The position numbers and the translations under genes are program-made. Positions 59,931-64,000 of a stretch of DNA of 64,000 nt are shown here, piece after piece; position 1 is the stretch's first letter; each line of letters starts with the position of its first letter. Origin of the DNA: Deltaproteobacteria bacterium (GTDB taxonomy: Bacteria > Myxococcota_A > UBA9160 > SMWR01); the NCBI GenBank assembly GCA_032128375.1, contig JAQBGU010000107.1, positions 1-64,000 on the forward strand, given 5' to 3'. Below the pieces are notes generated by a model. It worked only from the letters and a program-made list of their open reading frames with translations. It was not told the origin of the DNA and ran no database searches.

Positions 59931-60655
59931 CCCCTGTGGTCAGCGCCAAGAAACTCGGCAAGAGATTCGGAAGAACCGTCGGTCTTGCGACGTTCGATCT
60001 CGAGCTTGCAAAGGGCGTGAGTCTCGCGCTGCTCGGCCCGAATGGGGCTGGCAAGTCCACACTACTCCGACTGATTGCAGGGTTGGCGCGGCCGACGTCG
60101 GGCTCTCTCGATATCGACGGTGTATCCGCCCACAAGGGAGCTGCTCGCGCGAAAGTCGGCTACATCGGCCACGCAAGCCATCTCTACCCAGACTTGACCG
60201 CGCGCGAGAACCTGATCTTCGCCGCCAAACTTCACGGCGTGGGTGACCCGGCCGCACGCGCGACGCAATTGCTGGCCGAAGAGGGGCTCGAACGCGCCGC
60301 TGACCGCCAAACCCGCGGATTCTCGCGCGGAATGGCACAACGGCTCGCGATCGCGCGCGGATTGATCCAGGAGCCCGAAATCGTGCTGCTCGACGAGCCC
60401 TTCGCCGGCCTCGACGGGCGCTCCTCGGAACGCTTGGAGCAGAGGATCGAAAAATTGCGAGAGATCCGCTGCACACTCGTGTTGGTCTCACACGACATCG
60501 CGCTGACGGCGCGACTTGCGGATGCGGCCATCGTGCTGGCAGCAGGCAGCGTGCGCCACACTTTCGGCTCGCCGGACGGCCAACCCTCGAGCGGTCTCGA
60601 CCCCGCGGCATTGGAGTGCGCGTACAACGACGCGTCGGATGCCGGTCGCCCATGA
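59927..60655 (+). CDS. ccmA: Heme ABC exporter ATP-binding subunit
   Basis: GPNGAGKST, LTARENL, FSRGMAQR, LDEPF. Confidence 0.9.
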   Translation: MTPVVSAKKLGKRFGRTVGLATFDLELAKGVSLALLGPNGAGKSTLLRLIAGLARPTSGSLDIDGVSAHKGAARAKVGYIGHASHLYPDLTARENLIFAAKLHGVGDPAARATQLLAEEGLERAADRQTRGFSRGMAQRLAIARGLIQEPEIVLLDEPFAGLDGRSSERLEQRIEKLREIRCTLVLVSHDIALTARLADAAIVLAAGSVRHTFGSPDGQPSSGLDPAALECAYNDASDAGRP

Positions 60656-61308
60656 ACGTATTCGCCGCGATCTTGTGGAAGGACCTGCTGACCGAATGGC
60701 GCAGTCGCGACCGCGTCGTCGCGATGCTGATGTTCTCGCTGCTGATGGTGATCGCGTTTCACTTCTCGCTGCCCGGAGGCGCCACGGCTCAGACCCGCCA
60801 CTACGCACCCGGCTTGCTTTGGGTCGCATACGTATTCTCCGCGATGCTCGGGCTCAGCCGCTCGTTTGCCATCGAACTCGACAACGACGCGATCTCGGGG
60901 CTGGCCATGGCACCGGCCGATCGCGGTTGGATGTTCATGGGCAAGATCACCGCGAACATGGTCATATTGGGTTTCGTCCAGACGATCACGGCGTTCGTGT
61001 TCGCGATCGTCTTCGAAATTGCGCTGGCACCGGCTCTGATCGGCATCGTCGCGCTGGGTTCACTGGGCCTGTGTTCGGTGGGTACCTTTTTTGCGGCGGT
61101 CTCCGTACGGACGCGGCTGCGCGACGTCATGCTTCCGCTGCTGGTGCTGCCGTTCTACGTACCCGTTCTGTCGGCGGCATCGCGTGCAACTACAGCACTG
61201 ATCGAAACCGGAAGCGTGCCGTTCGAGCCGATCCAGTTCCTGTTGGTGATCGACGCGAGCTATTTGATAATCTCATTCCTGCTGTCAGACTTCGTGCTCG
61301 ACGAGTAG
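60652..61308 (+). CDS. ccmB: Heme exporter membrane subunit
   Basis: KDL..EWRSR, PGLLW, RSF..E, LPLLVLP. Confidence 0.9.
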   Translation: MNVFAAILWKDLLTEWRSRDRVVAMLMFSLLMVIAFHFSLPGGATAQTRHYAPGLLWVAYVFSAMLGLSRSFAIELDNDAISGLAMAPADRGWMFMGKITANMVILGFVQTITAFVFAIVFEIALAPALIGIVALGSLGLCSVGTFFAAVSVRTRLRDVMLPLLVLPFYVPVLSAASRATTALIETGSVPFEPIQFLLVIDASYLIISFLLSDFVLDE

Positions 61309-61404
61309 GCGGAAAAAGTCGCAGTCCCAGCTCGTCCCAAAGGCCACGGGCGGCCCACTGACGCACCAGCGGTACGCCCCCTCAACGAGGATCCGAAAGC
61401 TCAG

Positions 61405-62124
61405 ATGACAAATCCCTTGCTCGACACCGCCTCGTCTCCGATTGGCGGACCGCGCACGGCCGGCGCGTTGCGCGTCAGCGGTGGAGTGCTGGCGGCCTTG
61501 GCCGTGAGCTGGGCTTTGCTGGTGATCGGCGCGCCAATTGATAGTCGGCAGGGTGTGATTCAGAAAGTGCTCTATGTCCACGTACCACTGTGGTTCGCCG
61601 CCTACTCCGGTTTCCTCCTCACCGCAGTTTGCGGGGCGCTGTACCTGTGGCGAAACGATGAGCGTTTCGATCGTGTCGCGATCGCGGGTGCGGAAGTCGG
61701 CGTGCTCTTTTGCACTCTGGGGCTGGTGAGTGGGCCGATCTGGGCGAAGGGAACCTGGGGACACTGGTGGGCCTGGGATCCCCGGCTGACTGTGTCTCTA
61801 CTACTGTGGTTCGTATACCTCGCGTATCTGCTGTTGCGGAGCTTTACAGAGGGCAGCACGCGAACTGCGCGTTTCGCAGCCGTTTACGGGATTGCGGGGC
61901 TGGGTGCGGTCCCCCTCAATTACTTTGCGATCGAGTTATTCGGCGGGGCTGCGATGCACCCCGACAACCTGCAGCGCGGAAGCCTGGGGGACGGCATGGG
62001 ATTGCCGTTCGTAGCCGGGATTCTCGTATGCGGGGCTGCATTCGTCCATTTGGTAATCGCCCGAACCGATCTCGAGAACCGCCGAATCGAGCTGGACGAA
62101 CTCGAGCAAGAGCTGGAATTCTAG
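61405..62124 (+). CDS. ccmC: Heme exporter / cytochrome c assembly protein
   Basis: YVHVP, GPIWAKGTWGHWWAWDPRL (WWD motif), HP. Confidence 0.93.
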   Translation: MTNPLLDTASSPIGGPRTAGALRVSGGVLAALAVSWALLVIGAPIDSRQGVIQKVLYVHVPLWFAAYSGFLLTAVCGALYLWRNDERFDRVAIAGAEVGVLFCTLGLVSGPIWAKGTWGHWWAWDPRLTVSLLLWFVYLAYLLLRSFTEGSTRTARFAAVYGIAGLGAVPLNYFAIELFGGAAMHPDNLQRGSLGDGMGLPFVAGILVCGAAFVHLVIARTDLENRRIELDELEQELEF

Positions 62125-62163
62125 GCCCCAGAAGCGCCGTCTCGAATCGAAATCAAATACAGG

Positions 62164-62193
62164 TTGACAACTCTGGTGACTCGGGACTATAAG
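62164..62193 (+). promoter_or_regulatory. Near-consensus sigma70 promoter
   Basis: TTGACA (62164-62169)-18 bp-TATAAG (62188-62193), with an A-rich upstream tract (aaatcaaatac). Confidence 0.75.
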
Positions 62194-62199
62194 CTGAAG

Positions 62200-62620
62200 G
62201 CAACGAACCTGCGTCTCGCACGTTCGATAATTTCTACAGTGGAGGCAACCGCTTACCCACCCCCCATGGGGGAAGCGTGTGCGTTCGGGAGAGCAAATCT
62301 CCCGACTGCGACAAATGTTGCGCGCCATTTGACTGGACCGGCAGGAGAGGGAAGCGCAGTACCCATTCCGGGACCGCAGCCCCTCTTGATCGCTCCACTC
62401 GAGAAGATTCGCACACACGCGAAAGACCGGCAGAAGTCGCTCTAGGGGCGGTTGTCGCGTGTGAAATCATCGTCCGGCAAACGCCGTGGCACGGAGATTG
62501 CGAAGTCTTCCGAATGGGCCCATGACTTCGGGCCGAGAACTCTACGTGATCCCGGTGCGGTGTGCGGTCTGCAGTGAGCGGTGAACGTTCAAGGGGGCCC
62601 GGGAGGCGACCCAACAAAGG
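62200..62620 (+). ncRNA. Putative large structured RNA or leader of unknown class
   Basis: About 430 nt without a credible CDS between the promoter and ATG 62632; at least 8 helices readable by eye, including long-range AGTGGAG/CTCCACT, CACACGCGA/TCGCGTGTG, TCGGGAGA/TCTCCCGA and a GCGA-capped stem. Confidence 0.55.
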
Positions 62621-62631
62621 GGACAGCGAAT

Positions 62632-63120
62632 ATGAAGCGCGGCGTCGGTTACTGCGAAAACACGGACTGCGAGGACTACGCCAAGGGCGTCTTTCTCCTC
62701 AACCATGGCGACACGTTCTACTGCCCCCGCTGTCGCCAGCTCGGAAAAGTCGAGAAGGAGCGCGGCTTCTACACCGGCAATACCGACATCTTCAAGGAAG
62801 TCCGCGTCGAGTACAACTTCGATCCGATCAACAGCGTCTACCGCGAGATCGCGATCGTCCGGGACGAGAGCTTGTGGGGCCGAAACAACGTTTACACGCT
62901 GCAGTCACCGCTGATCAAGACCGAAAAGCGCGCGCTGAAGGTGGCTGAGGCTATTTTGGCAAATCTCAATCGCTATCGTGGTCTGCTCAACGGTGACGAC
63001 ATTCCGCGCACCACAGAAATCATCCTGTCGTTCGACGACGACTTCGACGAGTTCTCCCGCAAGCTTCAGCAACTCAGCAAGGAATGGGAGGCTAGCGGCC
63101 TTCGCGAAGGACAGCGCTAG
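62632..63120 (+). CDS. Hypothetical protein with N-terminal Cys4 zinc-ribbon-like motif (162 aa)
   Basis: AAAGGGGA RBS; CENTDC...CPRC; strongly C/G-ending codons; no family recognised. Confidence 0.85.
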   Translation: MKRGVGYCENTDCEDYAKGVFLLNHGDTFYCPRCRQLGKVEKERGFYTGNTDIFKEVRVEYNFDPINSVYREIAIVRDESLWGRNNVYTLQSPLIKTEKRALKVAEAILANLNRYRGLLNGDDIPRTTEIILSFDDDFDEFSRKLQQLSKEWEASGLREGQR

Positions 63121-63124
63121 CTGC

Positions 63125-63170
63125 TACACAAACAGCCCCACAACAAATAGCCCCACACAAACAAAACTCC
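63125..63170. repeat. A/C-rich ~15-bp tandem repeat x3 directly after the stop codon
   Basis: tacacaaacagcccc acaacaaatagcccc acacaaacaaaactccc. Confidence 0.75.
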
Positions 63171-63196
63171 CGGGTTCTCGGCCACCGCTCAGGCTG

Positions 63197-63259
63197 AGGG
63201 CACTTTCTCTTTCGGCTAGTGCCCTTCCCCCCGAGGCCCCCGAAAGGGGGCGTCGGGGG
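63197..63259. terminator. Two adjacent hairpins between convergent genes (possible bidirectional terminator)
   Basis: agggcact...agtgccct; cccccga-g-gccccc-gaaa-gggggc-g-tcggggg. Confidence 0.5.
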
Positions 63260-63857
63260 CTTCCGCAGAGGATAGCCCCGCGGTGTCTGCGGAAACCCGC
63301 ATCTGCAGGTCGATTTTCAGGCCGGCCCATATCGACCCGATGCCCTGGTGTTCGTGTCGTTCGCGGGACACACCGATCGGATTGAGCGCGTCCGCGAGTG
63401 GGGCTCGGTACCAGGGGAAAAGGGTCGTCGGTATCTGTTCAACGTCGAACCAGCGCACGACGGGCGTCTCGTAGCTCGGACGCAGCCGCCCGCTCATCAC
63501 CTGGCAGGTAAACACGCGCGCAGTGTGGGGCCGGAAGCCCGTCCGAACATAGTCGCCAACGTGGCACTCGACGCTGACATCCAGACCGGTCTCCTCCCGC
63601 ACCTCGCGCACCACGGCGGACTCGGCACTTTCGCCACGATTCGCGTTTCCACCTGGGAGTTCCCAGCCGCGCAGATCATGGCGCACCGCGAGCGCCACGC
63701 AGCCGTCGCGCAGCACGACACCCTGGCAAACCATGAGCGGCTCCCGCTCGATCAATCGCGGAGCAGCCAACCCCCACCAAGCGAGCTCGAGATAGTTCGG
63801 AATCGCCCATGCAAGCCGGCCAAGCAGCCCTCGGCGGGCCGGCTCTCGGCTCGACAC
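63216..63857 (-). CDS. NUDIX hydrolase
   Basis: Nudix box WELPGG....GES...AVVREVREETG. Confidence 0.9.
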   Translation of the reverse strand: MSSREPARRGLLGRLAWAIPNYLELAWWGLAAPRLIEREPLMVCQGVVLRDGCVALAVRHDLRGWELPGGNANRGESAESAVVREVREETGLDVSVECHVGDYVRTGFRPHTARVFTCQVMSGRLRPSYETPVVRWFDVEQIPTTLFPWYRAPLADALNPIGVSRERHEHQGIGSIWAGLKIDLQMRVSADTAGLSSAEAPDAPFRGPRGEGH

Positions 63858-63861
63858 CGGC

Positions 63862-64000
63862 CTACTCGATGATCTTGGTGAGCGGGTATTCGACGATGCC
63901 GCACGCCCCGGTTTCGGACAATCGCGGGATCAGCTCGGTCACGATGCTCTCTTCGATCACCGTGTTGATCGCAGTCCAGCTCTCGTCGGCCAGGCGAGAA
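63862..64000 (-). CDS. hisG: ATP phosphoribosyltransferase, long form, C-terminal fragment (cut by the window edge)
   Basis: Manual translation SRLADESWTAINTVIEESIVTELIPRLSETGACGIVEYPLTKIIE*, matching the HisG C-terminal regulatory domain. Confidence 0.8.
   Translation of the reverse strand, partial: SRLADESWTAINTVIEESIVTELIPRLSETGACGIVEYPLTKIIE

Noticed and set aside
62340..62390. AGGGAA...TTCCGGGAC..CCCC as a cobalamin riboswitch
   Set aside because: Lacks the CGGTG-RA-TCCG arm and the GCCACTG / B12-box elements.
62164..62445. 93-aa ORF and other short ORFs in the ccmC downstream gap
   Set aside because: It starts at the TTG of the -35 box, has no RBS, and its composition is unlike the real genes.
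62575..62600. TGAAC..GTTCAAGGG as 6S RNA; whole region as RNase P or tmRNA
   Set aside because: No long irregular rod typical of 6S, no GAGGAAAGTCC of RNase P, and no tRNA-like ends of tmRNA; judged by eye, so Rfam should confirm.
1..64000. Mobile elements, prophage or defence systems
   Set aside because: No transposase, integrase, reverse transcriptase, phage structural or defence-type ORF recognised.

Overview
GC-rich bacterial chromosomal segment, densely coding and mostly housekeeping. Gene content (FHA-DUF4388 fusion, stand-alone MshEN protein, MYXO-CTERM-like and PEP-CTERM tails, Cys-type CcmE) suggests a Myxococcota/deltaproteobacteria-like organism; this is inference. Blocks: moaD-moaE fusion/moaB, a histone-H1-like protein, bactofilin, holB-metG-tatD-suhB, a Gld-type ABC exporter with TetR, an LPS glycosyltransferase/kinase pair, an opp-type importer with a sulfatase, cysC-iscS-iscA, xseAB-ispA-dxs-tlyA, ftsEX-envC-ctpA, F420 genes cofD-cofC-cofE, engB, a ccmE-F-(I-like)-A-B-C operon with a frameshift in ccmF, and the 3' end of hisG. 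No tRNA, rRNA, CRISPR array or transposase was recognised. Two signals are not explained by the annotation. (1) A self-contained unit at about 62160-63260: a near-consensus sigma70 promoter, about 430 nt of densely base-paired non-coding RNA, and an unknown 162-aa Cys4 zinc-ribbon protein. (2) About 14 unrelated short tandem-repeat arrays (mostly 9-18 bp units), mainly at gene junctions; units are multiples of 3 inside ORFs, and 10, 11 or 13 bp units occur only outside or at the edge of ORFs.
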